Shown here one piece after another: positions 38,653-47,533 of a stretch of 64,000 nt of DNA. Under the pieces are notes generated by a model that was given only the letters and a program-made list of their open reading frames with translations, was not told the origin of the DNA and searched no databases. Each line of letters begins with the position of its first letter. Position 1 is the first letter of the stretch. This stretch comes from a virus, in IMG/VR virus record IMGVR_UViG_3300005805_000055, positions 29,762 to 93,761 of that record. The stretch is one strand, 5' to 3'. Position numbers and translations under genes: made by a program.

Positions 38653-39957
38653 ATGCCCGATTGGCAGCAAGTTTATGATTACCTTCAACCAAAAATGCCG
38701 GTTTTTTGCCCAGAAGAGCCATCTTTAACGCAAAAAGTTTTTCTCAGAACATATGCCTTAGAGGCACTTTTTGGTGGAAGTGCTGGTGGTGGCAAATCAT
38801 CAGCATTGCTGATGTCTGCCCTGCAATATGTGGACATTCCAAATTATTCAGCAATTATTTTCCGTCGTACATATGCTGACTTGGCCCTCCCTGGAGCCAT
38901 CATGGATAGATTTATCAACTGGATGGCCCCACATGACGATGTGAGATGGAACGCCAATAATTACACTGCCGTCTTTCCTTCTGGAGCAAGAATATCCTTC
39001 GGATATCTGAATAACTCACAAGACTACCTACGATACAAGGGAGCTGAATTCCAATTTGTTGGAATGGACGAAGTTACGGAAATCAGGGAGACTGACTACA
39101 GGTATATGTTCTCCCGTCTGCGTCGTCCCGGATCTGGTCCATTGTCGCAGGTTCCCCTACGAATGCGTGCCGCCTGCAACCCCGCCCCCAACTGGGTTAG
39201 GCAGAGATTTATTGTCGAGGGAATGGAGAAGGGTAGGATATTCGTTCCATCCAGGCTGACCGATAACCCTGGTATTGACGCTGATTCCTATCGAATGGCA
39301 CTCCAGTCCCTTGATCCAGTTGAAAGACGCAGGCTAGAAGAAGGTGACTGGTGGGCGACAACCCTCGGAACAATGTTTAATCGTGAGTCAATAGTATTTA
39401 TTGACAGTAACGAACTTCCACCAATCACATCTGCAGCAAGGGCTGTAAGATTCTGGGACTTGGCAGCAACCGAGCCGAATCAAAGCAACCCAGACCCAGA
39501 CTGGACCGTCGGTACATTAATGTTATTTGATGGTGGAATAGCATATATTCTTGACGTTAAGCGTGCGCGTCTTCGCGGAGAGAAGGTTGAACAATTGATC
39601 TCGCAGACCGCATACGAGGATGGGCCAAGCGTTGCGATTCGAATGGAGCAAGAGCCTGGATCATCAGGAAAAGCACTCGTAGATCAATATGCTAGATATG
39701 TCTTGCCGGGGTTCGACTTCTCAGGCATTCGCTCCACTGGTGACAAAATTACGAGGGCGCGCCCATTTGCGGCAGCAGCTGCTAACGGCAATGTTCGATG
39801 CCTCAGGGGGGCATGGCTCACTGATTGGCTCGATGAACTATCGTCTTTTCCAGAAGCATGCACTCACGATGACCAGATTGACTCGGCAGTTGGAGCTTTT
39901 ACGTATTTAACTGGCCTCGGGTTGCCACAGCGCAAACGTGTTGGTATTGTGATCTAG
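38653..39957 (+). CDS. terL: Terminase large subunit
   Basis: Walker A GGSAGGGKS; Walker B FVGMDE; nuclease RFWDLAAT...DWTVG and HDDQIDS. GGAG precedes ATG 38653. Confidence 0.95.
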   Translation: MPDWQQVYDYLQPKMPVFCPEEPSLTQKVFLRTYALEALFGGSAGGGKSSALLMSALQYVDIPNYSAIIFRRTYADLALPGAIMDRFINWMAPHDDVRWNANNYTAVFPSGARISFGYLNNSQDYLRYKGAEFQFVGMDEVTEIRETDYRYMFSRLRRPGSGPLSQVPLRMRAACNPAPNWVRQRFIVEGMEKGRIFVPSRLTDNPGIDADSYRMALQSLDPVERRRLEEGDWWATTLGTMFNRESIVFIDSNELPPITSAARAVRFWDLAATEPNQSNPDPDWTVGTLMLFDGGIAYILDVKRARLRGEKVEQLISQTAYEDGPSVAIRMEQEPGSSGKALVDQYARYVLPGFDFSGIRSTGDKITRARPFAAAAANGNVRCLRGAWLTDWLDELSSFPEACTHDDQIDSAVGAFTYLTGLGLPQRKRVGIVI

Positions 39958-39981
39958 TAATCACACAACAGGAGGGCTAGC

Positions 39982-40485
39982 GTGGCAGAGATTCATGACG
40001 AGATGATTAAATTCCGCAAGCAATTTACTGATCTATCAGGGCTTGTCGAGGAATACGCAAGATCAAGCAATGACGGCATGGAGCAACTTGCCGAACTATT
40101 TATTGCTGTTGATAATTTCCGCAAGGACGTCAATATGGTCCATGAATCAGTAATGTCGATGATTGCTGATCGCATGGAGGGCGAGGTTATTTTCCTCGAA
40201 AACGGCCTGCAGGTAGAGAAAAAGCAGGGAGAGGACCGCAAAAAGTGGGATCACTCTGGTCTTGCGGTTGAAGTGGCCAGAAAAATTCAACAACTTTCAA
40301 TTGATCCCGATACTGGCGAAATAACTATGACGCCAGATGAAATGATGATCAAGATGCTGGATTTTGCAGCACCATCATATTGGCGATTGACGCAGTTGCG
40401 GTCCATCGGCGTAGATGCCGATCAATACTGTGAAAAAAGTGATGGCAAGGTTCGACTTGTTCCAAGCCAGACAAAACTTGTCTAG
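39982..40485 (+). CDS. Hypothetical protein, 167 aa
   Basis: AGGAGG Shine-Dalgarno before GTG; fills the gap between terL and the annealing protein. Confidence 0.8.
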   Translation: MAEIHDEMIKFRKQFTDLSGLVEEYARSSNDGMEQLAELFIAVDNFRKDVNMVHESVMSMIADRMEGEVIFLENGLQVEKKQGEDRKKWDHSGLAVEVARKIQQLSIDPDTGEITMTPDEMMIKMLDFAAPSYWRLTQLRSIGVDADQYCEKSDGKVRLVPSQTKLV

Positions 40486-40558
40486 TACGACTTGATCGCA
40501 GTGGACTGAGTGTGCAAGTATCACAATTCGTAAACAAACTATGGAAAGGTAATTAAGC

Positions 40559-41320
40559 GTGAGTGTAGAAGAAGCATTGCCGATGAGTACAGATGATGAA
40601 TACTGGGCTCGGCACGATAAGCGCACAGAGGAATTCGAGAAGAAAGACAAGGCTGCCAAAGCCAAACTGCTCAATGACCTCAGCGAGCCATTCCCTCCGG
40701 AAATGGAAAGGGAGCTTCGCAAGGGTGGCACGACGCTCACCTATATTCCCGTCAGCGAGGTAATTGCTCGCCTTAATCGTTGCTTCGGTGTCACCAATTG
40801 GTCATCGGAAATCATCAGGTGTGAACGAGATACGCTAGATCCAGACTTCATTGTTGCCCACGTCCGTCTCACCATTGGTGAGGGTGGGTTTGGGGTCAGT
40901 AAAGATGGATTCGGTGGTCAGAAAATTAAGCGCACCAAGCAGGGCGAGATTGTTGATCTTGGTGATGAATTCAAGGGTGCCGTATCTGACGCGCTCAAAA
41001 AGGCTGCTCAGCAATTCGGCGTCGGTCTCTATCTTGCGCGATCCGATGAAGCATTGAGCATAGAGATTGAGCATGATCGTCAGGCAAATACCCCACCAGT
41101 TGATCCCGCCATTTCTGCACTATGGAAGCAGTTCCGTGATATTACTGGGTCATTCAATGCTCAGCAGCGCGAGAGGTTGAATGCCTTCTGGACTGAATAC
41201 TCCAATGGGGCACCAAAACCAACCATTGAAACAGCCAACACGCAGGTTCTTATGGCGCTCATTGAGGAGAGCATCAAAATCTCCTTCCCTGGTTCGGAAA
41301 TAACCGCAGATAATGAGTGA
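40559..41320 (+). CDS. Rad52/Rad22-family (Sak-like) single-strand annealing protein
   Basis: LTYIPVSEVIARLNRCFG...KGAVSDALKKAAQQFGVGLYL. The start may be ATG 40583. Confidence 0.88.
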   Translation: MSVEEALPMSTDDEYWARHDKRTEEFEKKDKAAKAKLLNDLSEPFPPEMERELRKGGTTLTYIPVSEVIARLNRCFGVTNWSSEIIRCERDTLDPDFIVAHVRLTIGEGGFGVSKDGFGGQKIKRTKQGEIVDLGDEFKGAVSDALKKAAQQFGVGLYLARSDEALSIEIEHDRQANTPPVDPAISALWKQFRDITGSFNAQQRERLNAFWTEYSNGAPKPTIETANTQVLMALIEESIKISFPGSEITADNE

Positions 41321-42107
41321 TTTTTCTCAGGAATTCAAATATAAGCCACCGCCATATCTATCAGCATCCTCAATGGGGACATTTAATCAATGTCCGCTGA
41401 AGTTTAAGTACAGCAAGATCGATGGTCTAGTCGATCCACCAACAGAGGCAACGCTACTCGGAAATTTTGTTCACGAGATACTTGAAGAACTCTATGCACT
41501 CCCACAAGATGAGAGAAACATGGAGAGTGTCAAGTTTCTTGCTGGGAAGGTATGGCATTCATCAAACTGGGAAGAAAGAATTACTGGATTTGTTCATGAG
41601 TCCAAATTCCGCAATTTCCGATGGAGTGCTTGGTTCTGTATTGAAAATCTTTTCAAAATCGAAAACCCCAAAAGCATTTCCCCACTTGGAATTGAGTTTG
41701 AGGTTAATGGAAAACTTGGCCCAGCGCAGATTAAGGGTTTTATTGACAGGTTCGAGGGCAATGACAATAGCCTAGTCATTGTATCGGACTACAAAACTGG
41801 TAAAACCCCCAAAAAAGCATGGGTTCATGACAAGTTTGTACAATTAAAGCTTTATGCCGCTCTTCTACATGAACTAGATGTGGCAAAGGTCTCGTCGCTC
41901 CAGTTGCTTTACCTAAAAGATGGCGTTAAATTCAAGCATGAAGTAACTGAAGATGATATTGCCGAAACAGTTGATTACGTTACAAAAACATATGACGGAA
42001 TCATGAAGGCATGTGAGACTGGAAACTTCGCATACAATAAAAGTAAATTATGCGACTGGTGTGCATTTAAGAAAATGTGCCCAGCGTGGAAAAGGGAAAC
42101 ACAATGA
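41313..42107 (+). CDS. PD-(D/E)XK RecB/Cas4-like exonuclease
   Basis: LSASS...QCPLKF...GNFVHEILE...E...GFIDR...DYKTGK...QLKLYA...CDWCAFKKMC (four-Cys cluster). Confidence 0.9.
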   Translation: MSDFSQEFKYKPPPYLSASSMGTFNQCPLKFKYSKIDGLVDPPTEATLLGNFVHEILEELYALPQDERNMESVKFLAGKVWHSSNWEERITGFVHESKFRNFRWSAWFCIENLFKIENPKSISPLGIEFEVNGKLGPAQIKGFIDRFEGNDNSLVIVSDYKTGKTPKKAWVHDKFVQLKLYAALLHELDVAKVSSLQLLYLKDGVKFKHEVTEDDIAETVDYVTKTYDGIMKACETGNFAYNKSKLCDWCAFKKMCPAWKRETQ

Positions 42108-42613
42108 CAATTACAATGACCGATGAGAGTTTTGCATACCTGGTTGCAGAGGAAGTTAAAAACAAGCTTTCCCCAAGCCAGCGAGAGATTCTACTTCAGC
42201 CAGAGAACTGGGTTAAGTGGCAGCGCTGCCTCATTGCCTTGCAGGCAAATCTGGACCAGCAGCTAGAGATTGCTGCCGAAGATGAAGAGAATGATGTTCG
42301 GCGTTTTCAGTCACTCGGAATGCGCCGCCAGCAGAATGATGTACGAAGCCACTACAACACACGTCGCAAGCGAATTGAGCGCTTCAAGTTTTTTGTAGAG
42401 CAGCGACTCATTGAAGTTACTAAAATGATCGAGACTGGCAGCACCCCCCAGTCTAATGGCTGGGAGCAAGTCGAGTTTTTGAAGCGAGCAATTGCCAAGC
42501 ACCGGTCAATGATTCAGGAGTTCGACATGGAGCCAACACCCATTGACGAGGCGCTATGGGCAGCACTCGTTGATGAGTGGAAGTTTGATACCATAGATAT
42601 TGAGAGCCTGTAA
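42104..42613 (+). CDS. Hypothetical coiled-coil protein
   Basis: ATGA overlap with the exonuclease stop puts the start at 42104. Confidence 0.75.
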   Translation: MTITMTDESFAYLVAEEVKNKLSPSQREILLQPENWVKWQRCLIALQANLDQQLEIAAEDEENDVRRFQSLGMRRQQNDVRSHYNTRRKRIERFKFFVEQRLIEVTKMIETGSTPQSNGWEQVEFLKRAIAKHRSMIQEFDMEPTPIDEALWAALVDEWKFDTIDIESL

Positions 42614-42638
42614 TTCGTTCGGCTCAAAATGAGGAGCC

Positions 42639-42938
42639 ATGCGATACAGGAGTAAGAAAAAATCACAGGAATATGTCGAACGACGTAAAGTCGTTGCGGA
42701 AATGTTGGGAGAATTTCCGTACTGTCAAGCATGTCCAGTTTTTGCTGCACATGATGAAAAGGTGACATATAAAAGAAATCCAAGTGTTGATGTCCATGAA
42801 TTGAAACGCCGTTCACAGGGTGGATCAATATTGGATAAGGATAATCTTCTATGCGTGTGCAGGGGTTGTCATGACCGCATAGGTCGATTCCCACAGCTTG
42901 CTTTTGATCTTGGCCTATCAGTGCATGGCTGGGAGTGA
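42639..42938 (+). CDS. HNH endonuclease
   Basis: CQAC...DVHELKRRSQGGS...NLLCVCRGCHDRI; GAGGAG Shine-Dalgarno. Confidence 0.85.
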   Translation: MRYRSKKKSQEYVERRKVVAEMLGEFPYCQACPVFAAHDEKVTYKRNPSVDVHELKRRSQGGSILDKDNLLCVCRGCHDRIGRFPQLAFDLGLSVHGWE

Positions 42939-43024
42939 AAAAATTGCTCATGTTTCGCCGTAGGGCGCTATCTGTGTAGTAAAGTCTATTTGTCGTATTC
43001 CCACTAGACACGGAGAACAAAAAC

Positions 43025-43417
43025 ATGAGCTCAGCCCCCGTAGTAATTACACTCGGAATCCCCGGCACCCTTTCGACTTCCAGTGAAGTCAAGATGGCTG
43101 CCCCCTTCAGTGGCAAGATCACTGGCGCTTATGTCGCAGTGACCACTGCCCCCGCTGGTAGCGTCCTCACCGCCAACCTTCTCGTTGGTGCTGACACCGC
43201 TGGTGCATTCTCAATCGCCGCAAGCGGCACCAGCGATGAGGCTACCCTCACCGCCGCCAACGTTGACTTCAACAAGGGCGACATCATCACCCTGGACATC
43301 ACCGCTGTTGGTTCCGGCACCGCTGGCGCAAACATCGTTGCCTCCATTGTTGTTGATGCCGAGGCCGACAGCACTGCTGTCACCATCGAGCCCGACAACC
43401 GCTTCGGTCAAGCCTGA
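43025..43417 (+). CDS. Small Ala/Thr/Gly-rich protein, possible capsid decoration protein
   Basis: GGAG Shine-Dalgarno; strongly C-ending codons (ACC, GCC, ATC); followed by its own terminator. Confidence 0.65.
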   Translation: MSSAPVVITLGIPGTLSTSSEVKMAAPFSGKITGAYVAVTTAPAGSVLTANLLVGADTAGAFSIAASGTSDEATLTAANVDFNKGDIITLDITAVGSGTAGANIVASIVVDAEADSTAVTIEPDNRFGQA

Positions 43418-43489
43418 TAGCGGCACCAACTAGTGGTGCGACAATCGAATACCTTTAGGTAAACAGTTCCGTTACCTTAGGAGTCATTT

Positions 43490-43513
43490 GCGGGAGGGAA
43501 ACCTCCCGCTTTT
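43490..43513 (+). terminator. Rho-independent terminator
   Basis: GCGGGAGG-GAAA-CCTCCCGC followed by TTTT. Confidence 0.9.
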
Positions 43514-43525
43514 GGCGTTATGGCA

Positions 43526-43534
43526 TGGTAGTGT
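43526..43534 (+). promoter_or_regulatory. Extended -10 promoter, probable leaderless transcript
   Basis: TGgTAGTGT ends 6 nt before ATG 43541; no Shine-Dalgarno; lies just after the terminator. Confidence 0.5.
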
Positions 43535-43540
43535 TCTGGC

Positions 43541-44065
43541 ATGATCACCATGGGACTGGACCTGTCATTAACTTCAACCGGATACTCAATACTTGGTAAA
43601 ACTGGATCAATTTCAGTAAAATCAAAAGGCCCCGAACGCTTGATGGATATTCGTGAGGATATTCACAACCTTCTTTACACTAATGAAGTTGAAGCGGTCT
43701 TCATAGAGGGGTACGCTTTTTCAGCACGCAATTCTCAGTCGCATAAAATTGGCGAACTTGGTGGAGTGGTTAGGCTCCTCATGTATGAAATGAATATTCC
43801 ATATGTGGAAATACCCCCAACGAGTAGGGCAAAGTTTGCCACCGGCAAAGGTAATGCTGGAAAAACTGAGGTTATTTCTTCTATTTCTGCCAGGACTGGT
43901 ATTACTTGGCTTGGAACGGGTGCCGACGATGAGTGTGATGCGTGGATCCTTGAAGAAATGGGATGTGTATTTTTGGGAACTCCAAAATATGAATGGCCAA
44001 AATCTCACCTTGATTCACTTAAGTCTGTAGACTGGTCAGCAATACAGAAAGGGAACAACGAGTGA
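43541..44065 (+). CDS. ruvC: RuvC-like Holliday junction resolvase
   Basis: GLDLSLTSTG, FIEGY, GELGGV, KFATGKGNAGK, DDECDA. Confidence 0.9.
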   Translation: MITMGLDLSLTSTGYSILGKTGSISVKSKGPERLMDIREDIHNLLYTNEVEAVFIEGYAFSARNSQSHKIGELGGVVRLLMYEMNIPYVEIPPTSRAKFATGKGNAGKTEVISSISARTGITWLGTGADDECDAWILEEMGCVFLGTPKYEWPKSHLDSLKSVDWSAIQKGNNE

Positions 44066-44415
44066 ATCTTAATGGGCGCAATACCCCCATCAGTCAAGTT
44101 GAAATTGAGGAGATGCTCATAAATCTAATTTCCGAATTAGAGGATGAGACAGAAGCTTTTGAGCGACTAGCCGAAGATGCTGCAAAGAAAGAGGCCCACT
44201 ATAAATCAAACTGGGCAAAAGAGTATCTTGCAGCAAAGGGATCGATCAAGGAGCGTGAAGCTTGGGCGGAGTATCTCTTAGCTGATGCCCAATTCGACTT
44301 CAAGATTGCGGAAGCCTTGGTGAAGTCAAAGAGGGAAAAACTCTTATCTCTAAGGACATCAATTGATGCCATGAGAACACTAAATGCCAACGTCAGGGCA
44401 CAAGTTTTGCCATGA
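44062..44415 (+). CDS. Hypothetical helical protein, 117 aa
   Basis: 4-bp overlaps at both ends. Confidence 0.75.
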   Translation: MNLNGRNTPISQVEIEEMLINLISELEDETEAFERLAEDAAKKEAHYKSNWAKEYLAAKGSIKEREAWAEYLLADAQFDFKIAEALVKSKREKLLSLRTSIDAMRTLNANVRAQVLP

Positions 44416-44867
44416 TAGCCTCGCGCCGCGAAATGAACTGGCTGAAGTCATGTAGTCAGCTAGCTACAACATTTTCTACGTGCTCAAAGCGTCAATATTT
44501 TGCTGTCATACTTATGCCCAATGGCCGTGTTGCTGGCGTTGGCTATAATGGCTCCCCGCCCGGAATCAAACACTGCAATGAAGGCGGTTGCCCACGACTA
44601 TCCGCTAATTCGCCCAACGGTTCAACCTACGACAACTGCATTGCCCAACACGCAGAAGCAAATGCAATTATTTGGTCAGACCCTGCCCTGCGCATGGGTT
44701 CCACTTTAATAGTTAATGGTCCGCCATGCTTTGGCTGCGCAAAGCAAATTGCATCATCTGGAATTACTCGAGTGGTATATAGTTACGACCCCGAGTACAA
44801 AGATTGGCCAAATGTAAAAAAGTTTCTGACTGAGTGTTATGTGGAATTAGTGGAGGTAAGGAAATGA
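44412..44867 (+). CDS. dCMP deaminase
   Basis: STCSKRQ...GYNGSPPG...HAEANAI...PPCFGC. Confidence 0.92.
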   Translation: MIASRREMNWLKSCSQLATTFSTCSKRQYFAVILMPNGRVAGVGYNGSPPGIKHCNEGGCPRLSANSPNGSTYDNCIAQHAEANAIIWSDPALRMGSTLIVNGPPCFGCAKQIASSGITRVVYSYDPEYKDWPNVKKFLTECYVELVEVRK

Positions 44868-45682
44868 AATACAATATTGAACAGTCACTTCATGGACTAT
44901 TGATTGAAGTTGAGAAACTAGAGCATCTCGATGGCAACCCAAGAAGAGGAAACCTTGACGCGATAATTGCGTCATATTCTGAATTTGGTCAAGTACGCCC
45001 AATCGTAGTTAAACCCAATGGCGATGATACATATGTCGTTATTGCCGGAAATCACCAATTAGCTGCAGCCAGAAAACTTGGTTGGACACATATTGCTGCG
45101 GTTCAATTTGACGTCGAGGATAGTAAGGCTATTGCTTTTGCTTTAGCAGACAATAGAACATCTGAACTTGGGCATACCGATCAAGCATTGGTTGCAGAGC
45201 TCATAGACACTGTTGTCGACGAATACCCAGACCTACTTGATTCACTCGGTTGGGATGACTGGGAAATTGCTGCAATGGAGGAGGCATCTCTCCGCTCCGT
45301 ATCGACAAGCAATGATGATCTGAGTGATGAGGATAAAGGGATTGGAACTTCCTTTGTTGCTCCCGTAGTTAAGCAAATACCCCAATCGGAACTTGGTGCC
45401 ACGGTACTGTCATCGCTTGTGAGGGAAGACGAGGATGGTGAAAAACGAATCACCGCCCCAAGTAATGTCGACCATAACGAGGTTGCGATTAAGGGAAGCA
45501 CTATTGCTTCTCCGGAATCAACGCCACGTGCCGTTGTTCAGTACACCATTGTTTTCGATGCGCCAGAACAACAAAAGCGGTGGTATGACTTCATCAAATG
45601 GCTGCGCGCTGACCCATCCTATGATGGCGAAACAACAGCATCTAAACTGATGTCGTTCATTGATGCGCACTCGGAAGTATAG
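44864..45682 (+). CDS. ParB-like N-terminal domain protein
   Basis: GNPRRG...EFGQVRPIVV...VIAGNHQLAAARKLGW...ALADNRTSE. ATGA overlap sets the start at 44864. Confidence 0.85.
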   Translation: MKYNIEQSLHGLLIEVEKLEHLDGNPRRGNLDAIIASYSEFGQVRPIVVKPNGDDTYVVIAGNHQLAAARKLGWTHIAAVQFDVEDSKAIAFALADNRTSELGHTDQALVAELIDTVVDEYPDLLDSLGWDDWEIAAMEEASLRSVSTSNDDLSDEDKGIGTSFVAPVVKQIPQSELGATVLSSLVREDEDGEKRITAPSNVDHNEVAIKGSTIASPESTPRAVVQYTIVFDAPEQQKRWYDFIKWLRADPSYDGETTASKLMSFIDAHSEV

Positions 45683-45693
45683 GGATTCAGTTT

Positions 45694-46041
45694 ATGGGCG
45701 ACAATACAATACGCCTAAATAATAATGAAACTTTTATGGAGTGGAGATGCGGAACAGATGGATCGTGGCGTGATTCTGATGGAAATTTAGCATCAGAACG
45801 TGAGTCATCACTGCTGGACAGCATCTTACTACTAAATGACGAAAAGGATCATCTCAAAGGATTGCTCTCACTACTTCTGGAAAATATTAAACATCTTGAA
45901 AAAACTGTTAATGGAACACATGATGCAAATATGCACTATGTTGGTACTGGTAATTCTTTTCGTGTTCTGTTTCCTGGAATATACGAAAATGTGTCTGCAA
46001 TTGTAAAAATTTCAAATTCGATAGGAGGTAAAAATGAGTGA
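45694..46041 (+). CDS. Hypothetical protein
   Basis: Part of a tightly packed run of small genes. Confidence 0.6.
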   Translation: MGDNTIRLNNNETFMEWRCGTDGSWRDSDGNLASERESSLLDSILLLNDEKDHLKGLLSLLLENIKHLEKTVNGTHDANMHYVGTGNSFRVLFPGIYENVSAIVKISNSIGGKNE

Positions 46042-46285
46042 TGATGCTGTGTATATTGCGCAATATTTACAGGTAGAAAATTCGACAATGTCGACGGAGA
46101 TAGAGCACCTACGCAAAGAGGCAGCCAGATTGTTGATAGAGCTTGATGAAGAACGAGAAATAAGCAGACGACTTGCGAATACCCTTGACATGTTGTTTCA
46201 TAAAGGAGTGAGCGAGGATGTTGTTCGCGAACTCCTCAGTGAATATTTTTCTTCAAAAAATAAAGATTGGATGGTTGATCAATGA
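46034..46285 (+). CDS. Hypothetical protein
   Basis: AGGAGG Shine-Dalgarno; overlaps neighbours. Confidence 0.7.
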   Translation: MSDDAVYIAQYLQVENSTMSTEIEHLRKEAARLLIELDEEREISRRLANTLDMLFHKGVSEDVVRELLSEYFSSKNKDWMVDQ

Positions 46286-46476
46286 GTACATGGGAAGAAT
46301 TATCTCGTCTACGAGCGCAGCGGGAAAATGAACGACTAGAAGCGCAGAAACTCGCCCATTATCAGGCTGAAAGGATTTCCGATCCACTGAGAGAAATGGG
46401 GGAAACAATGCGTGACATAAAGTCCCTACTCCATGAACTTCTAGAAGAAATTAAGAGAATGCAAAATGATCAGTAA
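46282..46476 (+). CDS. Hypothetical protein
   Basis: ATGA overlap with the previous gene. Confidence 0.65.
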   Translation: MSTWEELSRLRAQRENERLEAQKLAHYQAERISDPLREMGETMRDIKSLLHELLEEIKRMQNDQ

Positions 46477-46765
46477 TCTATCTGTTTGCCGATATAGGCG
46501 CCTAAATCTTGATGTGGATGCCATTTGTTTCATGCAGGAAAATCAAGTAGATGTTGCTGATTGGTGTGGTGGGCTGCTGACTGTCATTCCGCGAGAAAAT
46601 GACGACTCACATGCCGAATTGGTAATTTACATAAAAGCACCAAATGGAGAATCTATCGCACGTCTCGGTGATTACATAATTGAGATTTCGGATGGCGAGT
46701 TCTACGCATGTGATCCCAAGACGTTCCACGAGACATTTAAGCTGGCGGGCGATGGCACACACTGA
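46466..46765 (+). CDS. Conserved small phage protein (GDYII...GEFY.C.P..F family)
   Basis: ARLGDYIIEISDGEFYACDPKTFHETF. Confidence 0.75.
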   Translation: MISNLSVCRYRRLNLDVDAICFMQENQVDVADWCGGLLTVIPRENDDSHAELVIYIKAPNGESIARLGDYIIEISDGEFYACDPKTFHETFKLAGDGTH

Positions 46766-46967
46766 TGATATCGATAAGATTCGCTATGAGTCTACGATTG
46801 AGAGAATTGTAAGGTTCAAGCAGGTGGAGTGTGACGGCAGGATCAGATATACCAAAGAAACGCCAATGGAATTTATTTGGGCAGATGGCGATCCGGTCCC
46901 GCGCGATAGGGAAACTCTCGTTCAATTTATAACAAAAGAAGAATACGAAAATGGAATTCAAAGTTGA
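46752..46967 (+). CDS. Hypothetical protein (MAHTDD...)
   Basis: ATG 46752 preferred over the track start, which overlaps the previous gene heavily. Confidence 0.55.
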   Translation: MAHTDDIDKIRYESTIERIVRFKQVECDGRIRYTKETPMEFIWADGDPVPRDRETLVQFITKEEYENGIQS

Positions 46968-47166
46968 GGACATGCTTGCTCGCTTTAAGGAGCGTGCCGA
47001 GGCAGTTAAAAAGAGGCCACTTCCACCTGTTGCTGGTCCTGAACGTACGCACTTCATCAATCAGGCACAAATTGATTATCAGGACTTCGCGATGATTGGT
47101 GACTGCGAAGCAAACCTTGAGGACGGAGTGCTGGTTCTCAAACTAAATCTTCGCAAAAAGGATTAA
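46951..47166 (+). CDS. Small conserved protein, probably host-derived
   Basis: RFKERAEAVKKRPLPPVAGPER...QAQIDYQDFAMIGD; resembles, from memory, a hypothetical protein of Acidimicrobiia. Confidence 0.7.
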   Translation: MEFKVEDMLARFKERAEAVKKRPLPPVAGPERTHFINQAQIDYQDFAMIGDCEANLEDGVLVLKLNLRKKD

Positions 47167-47167
47167 T

Positions 47168-47533
47168 ATGGAATATCCAGATTTTTTGCAACCTGTACTT
47201 TCGCGCATTAATCCAGACTATGGCGTAGTTATCTCATGCGAATCTGGTTGGTGGAACATTATTTCTAAATGCGACAAAGAACTATCATCCATCGACCCAG
47301 ATTATACAATTTTCCAAATCAAGGAAAAATTTGGTGGACTACGGTACTACTTCTCACCATCAAACCCAGAGTATGCTGCAAAAATGGAAGAAATTGTTCA
47401 GAAATATGAAAAGATTTGCTCAATGACCTGCGAAGTTACCGGAAGACATGGGTACCTCATGAAGAAGTCTTTCCGATACAGAACATTGCACGACTCGTAT
47501 ATTCAACAAGGGTGGACTAAGGTGGGTGAATGA
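47168..47533 (+). CDS. Conserved phage protein (QIKEKFGGLRYY...CExxG family)
   Basis: GWWNII...QIKEKFGGLRYY...TCEVTG. Confidence 0.8.
   Translation: MEYPDFLQPVLSRINPDYGVVISCESGWWNIISKCDKELSSIDPDYTIFQIKEKFGGLRYYFSPSNPEYAAKMEEIVQKYEKICSMTCEVTGRHGYLMKKSFRYRTLHDSYIQQGWTKVGE

Noticed and set aside
41313-42107. Cas4-like gene as evidence of CRISPR-Cas
   Set aside because: No array or other cas genes; it lies next to a Rad52-like gene, as in phage recombination modules.
43418-43489. Possible tRNA or ncRNA after the 130-aa gene
   Set aside because: Only a short hairpin (GCACCA/TGGTGC); no cloverleaf or T-loop consensus.
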